Part shown: positions 27,072-35,356 of the stretch, piece by piece | Layout of the letters: every line of letters starts with the position of its first letter | How positions within the stretch are numbered: position 1 is the first letter of the stretch | Source: Candidatus Nomurabacteria bacterium | GTDB taxonomy: Bacteria > Patescibacteriota > Minisyncoccia > Phycocordibacterales > UBA918 | DNA: 64,000 bases | Direction: 5' to 3' | Assembly: GCA_020632135.1 (NCBI GenBank) | Contig: JACKGC010000001.1 | Span: 52,241 to 116,240, forward strand | The notes under the pieces: generated by a model | Told to the model about the DNA's origin: nothing | Seen by the model: only the letters and a program-made list of their open reading frames with translations | Database searches by the model: none | Made by a program: the position numbers and the translations under genes

Positions 27072-28560
27072 TAATCAAACGTTCGGTCTTTGAACCGACA
27101 CTCGCATGGGCGGCGCGAAGCGCCGCCCATGCTGACAGTGGCTCTGCAGAGCCACATTCCAAGGCAGGTGCCACCACCGCGCAGGCGCGGAGGTGGAGGT
27201 TCGAGCCAAAGATTTCTTTGGCGACAACTTTTTTCTCAAAAAGGTTGTCCGCGGTGGCGATTTGCGCAAGGTTTTGCGCCTCGTTTATCCATTTCTCAAA
27301 CGGTTCGAGCCAGTTAAGGTGGGCGCTAGAATAGTTGCTGATTTTAGTTTGGAGCGACTGCTTTTCAGACAGTAGCATAGCTTTCTTTTCAAGATAAGTT
27401 TCTCTTTCAATATCCTGTTCCAAATACCCATCAAGCAGTCGCGACAACTTCTCGTTTACTACCTCAAGTTCCTTTTGTGCAGCGTCCACGCCCACCTTGG
27501 CAGTCTGGGATATATTTTTCTTGTCTTCAGCGAGCATCTGATTCAGTCGCTTGGCCCAGACTGCCGGCAAAGCCATGTCAGAGAGGAGAACCGAAAGTTG
27601 TTCATCAAGTGACTCCTCACGCACGTATGGTTCATGACAGTTCCCACGCTTCTTGGTACAGCGATAGTATGTGTGACCTTTCTGCACTTCAGCGGTGATG
27701 CCCATAGAACACGAACCACACGTGAGTAGTCCACAAAAGGCTTTCGGTTCGTTCTTGGGTTTGCGCTTAGGTTTGCCGCGGTCTTTCAATATCTCTTGGA
27801 CTCTATCAAACAGTGGCTTTGCGATAACTGGCTCGTGCTTGCCTTCGTATAACTCACCTCCATATCTAAACAGCCCAACATAGAACGGATTGGAGAGGAT
27901 AAACGAGATTCTGTCTCGATGGAGACGATTGCCGTGTTTGGTTGTGATACTGTGGGTAGCCAAAAAGTCTGCTATATCTGCCAACCGGCTCTCGTTCTTG
28001 GCGTATAACTCAAACGCTTCGCAAATGATTGGTGCTTTGCGCTTGTCTTGTACCACCGTCTTGGTACGGACATCGTTAATGTATCCGATGGGTGCAAGCG
28101 CCGGATACTCGCCACGGCGGACTTTTTGGCGGAGTCCACGCTTGGTGTTCTCGGCTAAGGAGTCAACGTAGTATTTGCTTTGCCCAAAGGCGATGCTGAG
28201 CATGAATTTTCCTTGAGAAGTGTTCTCAAACCAAAAGGTTGGAAATTTGAGCATCGCCAAACGCCCGCTATCGAGGTGGTATATCACCTGTCCGCCGTCA
28301 ACTGAATTGCGCGCTAGCCGGTCGGGATGCCAGGCCAAAATCCCTTGTGCATCACCAGCCTCCAGACGTTTCATCATCTCACTGAAGATTGGCCGGCCTG
28401 GGGTTTTGGCCGACTTTTTCTCGATAAAGGTATCGACTATCTCTAGTCCTTCATTCCTTGCAAACGAGCGCAATTCAGTGACTTGAGCTTCAATAGAAAG
28501 TACTTGTTTGTCTTCAACGTCGGTACTTTTGCGGGCGTATAAAAAGAATTTGTTTTCCAT
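27031..28560 (-). CDS. large serine recombinase (resolvase N-domain + recombinase domain + zinc ribbon + coiled coil)
   Basis: YARKSTDVEDKQVLSIEAQ catalytic region, HPDRLARN, CGLLTCGSCSMGITAE...YYRC zinc ribbon. The last ~58 codons run through the 138-bp IR and into the tRNA. Confidence 0.88.
   Translation of the reverse strand: MENKFFLYARKSTDVEDKQVLSIEAQVTELRSFARNEGLEIVDTFIEKKSAKTPGRPIFSEMMKRLEAGDAQGILAWHPDRLARNSVDGGQVIYHLDSGRLAMLKFPTFWFENTSQGKFMLSIAFGQSKYYVDSLAENTKRGLRQKVRRGEYPALAPIGYINDVRTKTVVQDKRKAPIICEAFELYAKNESRLADIADFLATHSITTKHGNRLHRDRISFILSNPFYVGLFRYGGELYEGKHEPVIAKPLFDRVQEILKDRGKPKRKPKNEPKAFCGLLTCGSCSMGITAEVQKGHTYYRCTKKRGNCHEPYVREESLDEQLSVLLSDMALPAVWAKRLNQMLAEDKKNISQTAKVGVDAAQKELEVVNEKLSRLLDGYLEQDIERETYLEKKAMLLSEKQSLQTKISNYSSAHLNWLEPFEKWINEAQNLAQIATADNLFEKKVVAKEIFGSNLHLRACAVVAPALECGSAEPLSAWAALRAAHASVGSKTERLIMVPSPGIEPRFSP
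27067..27204. repeat. IR-A left copy (138 bp, perfect)
   Basis: Exact reverse complement of 28750-28887, checked base by base. GC-rich, with nested palindromes (catgggcggcgc..gcgccgcccatg, gtggctctgcagagccac). Confidence 0.95.
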
Positions 28561-28749
28561 GTACTAAAGGAACTTAAAAAGCAGAAGTGGCTATTTTGGT
28601 GTTGAAATCCTAACGTAATGCTAGAAAGCCAAAATAGCCACTTCTGCTCACATTACTAATAACGGATTTCAACAGGTACAGTGTACCACTAAAAAGAATT
28701 TTTAGTGGGCAAAGCAACTACGTCGAGACAGAATAAAATCGCCACCGCG

Positions 28750-28887
28750 TCGAACCTCCACCTCCGCGCCTGCGCGGTGGTGGCACCTGCCTTGGAATGT
28801 GGCTCTGCAGAGCCACTGTCAGCATGGGCGGCGCTTCGCGCCGCCCATGCGAGTGTCGGTTCAAAGACCGAACGTTTGATTATGGTG
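28750..28887. repeat. IR-A right copy (138 bp, perfect)
   Basis: Exact reverse complement of 27067-27204. Confidence 0.95.
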
Positions 28888-29122
28888 TCATTATACAACG
28901 CAGCTCGAACTTACTTCCAAACGAAGTTTGGATGAAACAATCTGCAACGCGCGGAGCGCGTGGTGGCTTGGTACTTCCACGTACGCATTGGGGCGCACAG
29001 TGACGCGCCTCGGGGAGCGCTCGTCCCTCGCGCGCAGCAAACCCAAAAAATTTCCTTACCATTTGAAAAAGCGGAAGGGGGTGCAGGGGGAAGCCGCCAA
29101 AAAGTTGAAAGGAAATTTTTGG
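28881..29122. repeat. IR-B left copy (242 bp, perfect)
   Basis: Exact reverse complement of 33586-33827, checked base by base. Shares the 7-nt tatggtg with IR-A. Confidence 0.95.
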
Positions 29123-29168
29123 GTGTTGTGAATTTTCTGTAAAGATTCTGTTGCTTTGAATTCGAAAT

Positions 29169-29843
29169 TTACTCCTTTGTAATCAAACCATCTTCCATCC
29201 AAAAAACACGATTACAATATTTTGCGTAATCTTGTTCATGAGTAACCATAAGAATGGTCTGTCCTTCGCTGTTAAGCGCACGCAGTACATCTATCACCTC
29301 GTCTGAAGAAGCACCATCCAAGTTAGCGGTCGGTTCGTCAGCAAACAAGACCTCGGGTCCCTTCGCAACTGCGCGCGCTATCGACACACGTTGTTGTTGA
29401 CCACCAGAAAGTTGATTTGGTCGATTTGTGTACTTACCTTCCAATCCAAACTTATCGAGCGTTCTTCGTGCAATCATCTGTGCTTCTGGTTCTTCATAAC
29501 CCAACATCATCAGTGGCAACATAACGTTCTCTTCTGCAGAAAGTTCTGGAACCAGTGCATAATCTTGAAAAATATATCCCAAGTGTTGCAACCGAAAAGA
29601 CACTCGATCTTCCTCGGTCAGCACATCTGTGGGTTGATCAAAAATGAATACTTCACCACTGGTTTGCCGATCGAGCAAACTCATTTGGTAGAAAAGGGTT
29701 GACTTACCAGCTCCAGATTTACCCATCAGTGCGACAAAATCACCCTTGTTAATGGTCAGTGATATTCCCTTAAGCACATCTATCTTAAGCTCATCCCTTC
29801 CAAAGCTCTTTACAATGTTCTGTATTTTAATAATTGGTTCCAT
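29169..29843 (-). CDS. ABC transporter ATP-binding protein (MacB/LolD-type)
   Basis: Walker A GKSGAGKST, signature LSGGQQQRVSIARA, Walker B LFADEPT. Confidence 0.9.
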   Translation of the reverse strand: MEPIIKIQNIVKSFGRDELKIDVLKGISLTINKGDFVALMGKSGAGKSTLFYQMSLLDRQTSGEVFIFDQPTDVLTEEDRVSFRLQHLGYIFQDYALVPELSAEENVMLPLMMLGYEEPEAQMIARRTLDKFGLEGKYTNRPNQLSGGQQQRVSIARAVAKGPEVLFADEPTANLDGASSDEVIDVLRALNSEGQTILMVTHEQDYAKYCNRVFWMEDGLITKE

Positions 29844-29858
29844 ACTGATACAAACAAC

Positions 29859-31199
29859 TTAACGGCCCAAAATTGAATCAAGGGTATTCTGCCTAACAAT
29901 AAGCCATGCCGGAATATATCCCGCAATCGCCGTCACGCTCACCAGCACAAGTGCTCGCAGTGTCGTCCCCCAAAATGTAGCCGCTAAAATACCGTCACTA
30001 ACTGGGAAGTCGATCGGATTTGCATTAAAGTGTGGGATAAAAATGAAAAATATCAGTATGTATCCGATAAGACTACCGACGATCGCATAGAAGAGAGACT
30101 GCATGATGTATGCTCGTTTGATTGCCTCGCCTTTAATCCCGATACCTTTTAAGATACCGATTTGTTTTCGCCTAGTCAGTGCATTGATGTATATCACCAC
30201 AAAGACCGTGATGGCAGAAACCACGACCGCTACCCCTCCTGCAGCATTGCCCAGCAAACCAAACGTCTTACTGAGATCATCAAGCACACTCGGGATCGCT
30301 TCTTCGGCTGTTTCAATTTTCGCGTACCTATCAAGGCCATATGCTTGTAGCTCGCTGACAACAACTTGTGCGTCACTATCTGAAACAAGTGATATTGCAA
30401 ATTCATTCGCCCCATCGACTGCTCCACCCACAAAATGATTCCAATCATCAGTCGTAATGTATGCGCGTTTCGCAACCTGACCGACCTTACTCTCCACAAT
30501 ACCTTTCACAATAAACTCAGTGCTCACTCCAGAACGATCTACGCCACTACCATTATCTCCACCCCCGTGCGGTCCACTTACAGCATTTTCAGCAGCACTA
30601 CCAGAAGAAAAAGAGACTTTTACTCTCGTACCAGGAGTTATGTTTTTGAGAGGTTCGAATGAATCACTAAACTCAGTGTACTCAGCAAGATTGTCTGCAC
30701 CAAGCAGGATGTACCCACTCTCTCCTTCGCGTAAATAGTCACCAACTGTCACTGAGTTGGCTAGTTTCGTTACCTTCGTTTCCGTTGCTGGATCAATGCC
30801 TACTAGTTCCAGCGATACACTATTCTCCTGTGTGTCAAAATCCCAGCGGGTTTGATAGTTGGCTTCTGCAGTCGCCTGCTTCACATACCGGGATGTATAA
30901 GACTTGACCTCAGGATGACTATTGAGTGTGGCCTGTATCGCATACGAGTTTTCGATGATCTCTTTTCCGGTGAGAGCAGAAATGAACACATCGCCGGTGT
31001 ACTGTGAGCGATTGTCCTTAAATATTCCTTCAGTTAGGCCTGTCAAAATGCCAGTGATAAGTACTAGGTTTAGGAACGTAAGTACCATGATGGCTACCGT
31101 TAGGATGTTCATCCAAATACTGGAGCGTTGTATCTGACGGAATGCCAGTTTTCGCGCAACACGCCATGTTGATTGCTTTGTTGACTGCATGGTGATCAA
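29859..31199 (-). CDS. ABC transporter permease, FtsX/MacB-type
   Basis: N-terminal TM, large periplasmic domain, C-terminal FtsX-like 3-TM bundle. Confidence 0.85.
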   Translation of the reverse strand: MITMQSTKQSTWRVARKLAFRQIQRSSIWMNILTVAIMVLTFLNLVLITGILTGLTEGIFKDNRSQYTGDVFISALTGKEIIENSYAIQATLNSHPEVKSYTSRYVKQATAEANYQTRWDFDTQENSVSLELVGIDPATETKVTKLANSVTVGDYLREGESGYILLGADNLAEYTEFSDSFEPLKNITPGTRVKVSFSSGSAAENAVSGPHGGGDNGSGVDRSGVSTEFIVKGIVESKVGQVAKRAYITTDDWNHFVGGAVDGANEFAISLVSDSDAQVVVSELQAYGLDRYAKIETAEEAIPSVLDDLSKTFGLLGNAAGGVAVVVSAITVFVVIYINALTRRKQIGILKGIGIKGEAIKRAYIMQSLFYAIVGSLIGYILIFFIFIPHFNANPIDFPVSDGILAATFWGTTLRALVLVSVTAIAGYIPAWLIVRQNTLDSILGR

Positions 31200-31205
31200 A
31201 TAATA

Positions 31206-32831
31206 TTACTCACGCACAGGTTTAATGATATATTCCCCTGCGACCAATCCGTCCGTAACTGCAAAGTAATTATCAGTACCTCGTAAACCTAGTGTGACCA
31301 CTCGTGACCCCACCTCTTGCTCTCTTTGTACGAAAACCTGCGCGCCTTCTTCCGTATAAAGAACATACGAAGCTGGCACCGCTACCACCTGAGATACCGT
31401 TTCTATATCAATACGTGCTCGTGCACTCATACCAATGCGAATACGTTTATCAGGTTCAGTAAGGGTAATAGTAGTAATGTATACAGGAACCCCGTCCACT
31501 TCTGTGTCCGTCAGCTCAATCTCAGTGACTTTCCCAGACCAAACTACCGTATCACCATACGCGTCAAGACTAATCTTCGCTCCATTACCGATGTCAATCT
31601 TGGCGATATCAATCTCAGGTACATTCATGCGTAACTCATACTCGTCACCAGAAACCAACGTCATGACAGGGGTTGCTGTCGTTATTGTTTCTCCCACAGT
31701 AAGATCAGTACTTGCTACTACTCCTGCAAACGGAGCAATAATAACCGTATCTGACAACTGCGCTTCAACCATAGACACTCGAGCTCGTGCCTGCTGCAAT
31801 GAAGCTTGCGCTTGTAGAAGATTTGCCTTCGCTTCAGCAACCGAGGCTTGGGCTTGTGCCTCCTGTGCAGTGGTGATTGCCGATTGTTCACCGATTGTTT
31901 GTTGTGCTAACAAATTTTCTAAACTCGCTTCCGCCTGTGCTACTAACTGTCTTTCTACCTCTTGCGCTTTTTCATAAGCACTAAGTTTTGTTTGATAGCT
32001 CAGACTACGTGTATTCGGCACTGGTACAACCCATTCTGAAGAGCCGTAAGAGTCTTCTTCTCCACTAACAGGCAGGGTTACAAAAAGACCATGTGTGCCC
32101 AGTTCCACCGGTAAGCCGAAGTCATCAAATGATACCGTGCCATTCTCAAGACCACTGTACCGGATTGAATAACCAGATCTGGCTCCTGATCGATAGAACT
32201 CAATTTTGTATTCACCTGATGCGTCAGAGTGATAGCTTCCTGATACAACAGGTGCTGAGAGTGTACGGTAGGCATCGGTCTGATAGGCCTGCAGGTCGTT
32301 GTTAAGCAACTCCCGATACACATTTGTCACCAAGGTGGTTTGCTCTGTTTTGGTGAGTGAAAGAGCAATGTGAGCTGAGGTAATACTTGCGTCGATTCCT
32401 CGATTTTGTGCCTGAACAAAAGACAGATTCGATTCTGCTTTTTTTAGGGTTGCCTCAGCAGCTGCTATTGTTGCCTGAGCGGCTGCCACACTACCGTTTA
32501 CTTGCGCAAGATCAGCCTCTAGGCGAGCGCTTTCAAGTCGAGCCAACACCTGCCCTGCCTCCACAGTCTCTCCCTGTACCACCTCAATGGTTGCTACTTT
32601 CCCCCCTACAGCAAAAGCAAGCTCAACTTCATCCACCGCAGTTACTTCGCCGGACAATTGAACATACTGCACAACATCCCTTTCAGTAACTAGTAGTGCT
32701 GGCTGATCGGCAACAGACTCATTGAATAATGCAATACTTGCGCCACCCAGTAGTACGATCACAACGGCAATCTTCCATTTATATACTCCTACACGCTTGA
32801 GAAACTGTCTCATAGAACTAACTCTGCTCAT
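31206..32831 (-). CDS. HlyD/MacA-like periplasmic adaptor (membrane fusion protein)
   Basis: Signal anchor, biotinyl-lipoyl-like hairpin, long coiled coil (AQA..EA repeats), beta-barrel C-terminus. Confidence 0.8.
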   Translation of the reverse strand: MSRVSSMRQFLKRVGVYKWKIAVVIVLLGGASIALFNESVADQPALLVTERDVVQYVQLSGEVTAVDEVELAFAVGGKVATIEVVQGETVEAGQVLARLESARLEADLAQVNGSVAAAQATIAAAEATLKKAESNLSFVQAQNRGIDASITSAHIALSLTKTEQTTLVTNVYRELLNNDLQAYQTDAYRTLSAPVVSGSYHSDASGEYKIEFYRSGARSGYSIRYSGLENGTVSFDDFGLPVELGTHGLFVTLPVSGEEDSYGSSEWVVPVPNTRSLSYQTKLSAYEKAQEVERQLVAQAEASLENLLAQQTIGEQSAITTAQEAQAQASVAEAKANLLQAQASLQQARARVSMVEAQLSDTVIIAPFAGVVASTDLTVGETITTATPVMTLVSGDEYELRMNVPEIDIAKIDIGNGAKISLDAYGDTVVWSGKVTEIELTDTEVDGVPVYITTITLTEPDKRIRIGMSARARIDIETVSQVVAVPASYVLYTEEGAQVFVQREQEVGSRVVTLGLRGTDNYFAVTDGLVAGEYIIKPVRE

Positions 32832-33330
32832 TATCTAATAAACTTCGCAATACAGGATTCTTTGATGCCAATAGCGACTCTCGTCGGGGGCTGTGCTGAA
32901 CTAGTATTTGCATCATCTTTTGGAGCCCATTAGAAACTTCTCGTCTGGTGCTTTTAGGTAACTCAGCAAAAACATCTTCCATTCTTTTAATTACTTCGGT
33001 TTGTACCCGAATGACCATTAGCCGGCCTTTGGGAGTAAGGGTTAGAATAGATTTGCGAGCATCACAGGCGTCCTGTTTCTTTACGATTAACTTACGCTCA
33101 ATTAAATCCTGCACTTTTCGACTAACCGATGCTTCTGAGACTAGGTTGAATAGCGCAATATCCTTTTGTGTACAAGTAGTAAGAACCGCAACAGGAAGCA
33201 ATGTTTGAAAGTCAGCCAAAGTAATGTCAAACCCTTTACTGAGCACCTGTTCAATCTCAGTATCAATTTCTGAACGCAATAACATTACAGGCATAATGAT
33301 GTGGGCGATACTGTTTGGGAATAATTTCAT
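32818..33330 (-). CDS. MarR family transcriptional regulator
   Basis: Winged-HTH pattern (TQKDIALFNLVSEASVSRKVQDLIERKLIVKKQDACDARK). 14-nt overlap with the adaptor gene. Confidence 0.8.
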   Translation of the reverse strand: MKLFPNSIAHIIMPVMLLRSEIDTEIEQVLSKGFDITLADFQTLLPVAVLTTCTQKDIALFNLVSEASVSRKVQDLIERKLIVKKQDACDARKSILTLTPKGRLMVIRVQTEVIKRMEDVFAELPKSTRREVSNGLQKMMQILVQHSPRRESLLASKNPVLRSLLDNEQS

Positions 33331-33348
33331 AGGTATAAGACTACCATA

Positions 33349-33372
33349 AGATACTTAACATGTTAAGTATCT
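33349..33372. promoter_or_regulatory. 24-bp perfect palindrome, candidate MarR operator
   Basis: AGATACTTAACATGTTAAGTATCT, 19 nt upstream of the marR-like start codon. Confidence 0.5.
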
Positions 33373-33585
33373 TTCACACAACCTCCACCAAGCAGGCCAC
33401 GCGAACGGATGTGAGCGGCCTGTGCGAGGTGGTGGCGGGTGTGTGGGTGTGGGTAGATATTCACCACTACACTCGAACGCAAAGTGTCTCGGGCACCACA
33501 AGACCGAAGAAAAGTAGGATGAAAAGCCCTCAATTCTAAATGGGGCTTTGAATGAAACTTTTTGGAGGTCGTAGTGGTGAGCAAG

Positions 33586-33827
33586 CCAAAAATTTCCTTT
33601 CAACTTTTTGGCGGCTTCCCCCTGCACCCCCTTCCGCTTTTTCAAATGGTAAGGAAATTTTTTGGGTTTGCTGCGCGCGAGGGACGAGCGCTCCCCGAGG
33701 CGCGTCACTGTGCGCCCCAATGCGTACGTGGAAGTACCAAGCCACCACGCGCTCCGCGCGTTGCAGATTGTTTCATCCAAACTTCGTTTGGAAGTAAGTT
33801 CGAGCTGCGTTGTATAATGACACCATA
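33586..33827. repeat. IR-B right copy (242 bp, perfect)
   Basis: Exact reverse complement of 28881-29122. Confidence 0.95.
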
Positions 33828-33896
33828 TACATATTCTCAAACTCCGGTATACTGCACAGTGGGTACTGACTCCCAGCCACACATTAGGTGACCGCA

Positions 33897-34301
33897 ATGT
33901 TTAAAGATGCACTTACGCAGCTCTTTAATGCTCATGGCCCGCCTGGTTTTACACCAGAAGAATGGCAACTCATGCTGGCTTTGGCCAGTAATCTCTCTGA
34001 GGATCTTCGACCGTATGAACGGCGCGCGTATCATGTACTCGCACCACAGTTCGGCCTGGATCCTAACCATGCCAAACGACTCGAGCGCACCGCCCAACTC
34101 TTCTTCAATCTACTGCGCGATGATGAAGAGACCTGGCGGTCGGTTCGCCTGTTTCGAGAACCGTTTGATTTCCATTCTCCTGAGTGGCTCGCGCAGGACC
34201 TCCTGCGTTACGCCAAAAATAACCGTAAATACCAAGGCGAGGAACTTACATGGGATACCCTCTTCAATCCGAATCCGGCGCAGTCCGGTTCACCTCTCTG
34301 A
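33897..34301 (+). CDS. hypothetical protein
   Basis: ATG at 33897 (GTG at 33888 in the track). Followed by a strong terminator. Confidence 0.5.
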   Translation: MFKDALTQLFNAHGPPGFTPEEWQLMLALASNLSEDLRPYERRAYHVLAPQFGLDPNHAKRLERTAQLFFNLLRDDEETWRSVRLFREPFDFHSPEWLAQDLLRYAKNNRKYQGEELTWDTLFNPNPAQSGSPL

Positions 34302-34341
34302 TCCCTCCCTCGCGACGTCGCAACGACGTCGCTTTTCTATT

Positions 34342-34375
34342 AAAAACAAGCGGCCCCTTCGGGGCCGCTTGTTTT
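34342..34375. terminator. bidirectional terminator
   Basis: aaaacaagcggcccc-ttc-ggggccgcttgtttt. Confidence 0.7.
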
Positions 34376-34388
34376 ACACAACAATACT

Positions 34389-34652
34389 CTAAAGCTTCAG
34401 TAACTCACGCAACTTTGATTCATCAAAACCAATGATGATGTCTTCCTCGATCTTAATGACTGGCACACCCATCTGGCCAGTGAGGTCGATCATTTCCTGG
34501 CGCTTTTCAGCGTCAGCAGCGACATCGTGGTCCACAAAAGCCACGTTGTTCTCAGCAAAGAAATCCTTTGCTGCGTGACAAAAATGACATACCGGAGTGC
34601 TGTAAATAGTAACGGCTGGAGTACCAGCGGTATTGGTTTCTGGGGTATCCAT
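34389..34652 (-). CDS. glutaredoxin-like (NrdH/Grx family) protein
   Basis: CHFC redox motif, GVPVI, thioredoxin-fold length (87 aa). Confidence 0.8.
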   Translation of the reverse strand: MDTPETNTAGTPAVTIYSTPVCHFCHAAKDFFAENNVAFVDHDVAADAEKRQEMIDLTGQMGVPVIKIEEDIIIGFDESKLRELLKL

Positions 34653-34744
34653 ATAACAATAGATAAGAAATTTAAATTAGCTTAATACTCACTAGTATAG
34701 CAGCTTTTTGGCGGGGCGAAAAACCAAAGGTTTTTCGCCCCGGC

Positions 34745-35134
34745 TTACCGCCAAAATTGGTACCATTTCTTTGACGATCCTTTCGGTGTCGTAGAGCTAG
34801 AGAGAGGTAACACTTCCGGCTCGTCATTTTCCTCCTCCACAATAACCACCACCTGCTCCCCTGGCAGCGCCACATCAAACTGCCGACGCATCTCTGCTTC
34901 AATACCTCGCTCACTCGAAAGATACTCCACCTTCGCTTCAAGCGCTGCCTTTCGCGCCTCAAGTGCCATCGCCGCTTGCTCGGCCTCCACCCGCCGTTCG
35001 CGCATCTCCATAGCGATGTCATAGCGCACATACGCACTCCACCCCACGATCAACGCCAACAACGCAATTGCTCCCTGCGTAATGGGCGAATTGATAACGC
35101 TCCGTAATTTTCGTTTTTGATGGAAATCTAGCAC
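34745..35134 (-). CDS. septum formation initiator FtsB/DivIC-like protein
   Basis: N-terminal TM, coiled coil, and C-terminal E..RR.......PGE.VV pattern. Confidence 0.6.
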   Translation of the reverse strand: MLDFHQKRKLRSVINSPITQGAIALLALIVGWSAYVRYDIAMEMRERRVEAEQAAMALEARKAALEAKVEYLSSERGIEAEMRRQFDVALPGEQVVVIVEEENDEPEVLPLSSSTTPKGSSKKWYQFWR

Positions 35135-35185
35135 CAGTCTATTATACCTCTTGCCTCAGCCTCTGCATTAGGTACAATAGTCCTC

Positions 35186-35305
35186 ATGAGTTTTTTGTTT
35201 CACAAGAAGACCAAGACGGCCATTAAGTGGATCTGGGGTACTTTTGCAGTACTCATTATCCTCAGTATGGTGTTTGCCTACTCTGGCGGCGCTGGGTTAT
35301 TTTAA
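35186..35305 (+). CDS. possible 39-aa membrane peptide
   Basis: ATG ORF MSFLFHKKTKTAIKWIWGTFAVLIILSMVFAYSGGAGLF, below the track cutoff. Terminator follows. Confidence 0.3.
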   Translation: MSFLFHKKTKTAIKWIWGTFAVLIILSMVFAYSGGAGLF

Positions 35306-35315
35306 AGGTATACGT

Positions 35316-35352
35316 AAAAAGCGGGCGGCCCCTTTGGGGCCGCCCGCTTTTT
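35316..35352. terminator. bidirectional terminator (AAAAAGCGGGCGG family)
   Basis: aaaaagcgggcggcccc-ttt-ggggccgcccgcttttt. Confidence 0.75.
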
Positions 35353-35356
35353 ACCT

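Larger units (their letters stand above)
27067..33827. mobile_element. putative integrated element at the tRNA-Arg 3' end (serine recombinase + MarR/MacAB-like cassette)
   Basis: Bounded by a direct 7-bp CACCATA (27067-73 and 33821-27). Each half is flanked by perfect inverted repeats. The cargo has visibly lower GC than its surroundings. Confidence 0.55.

Noticed and set aside
28705-29131. ORFs 28705-28935 and 28928-29131, whose peptides recur in 27031-28560 and 33355-33897
   Set aside because: The repeated peptides are a direct consequence of the perfect inverted repeats IR-A and IR-B. There is no start context and no family resemblance. The region is treated as non-coding repeat.
33355-33897. 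180-aa minus-strand ORF
   Set aside because: It runs through IR-B' and the GC-rich spacer and has no recognisable domain. It is most likely non-coding.
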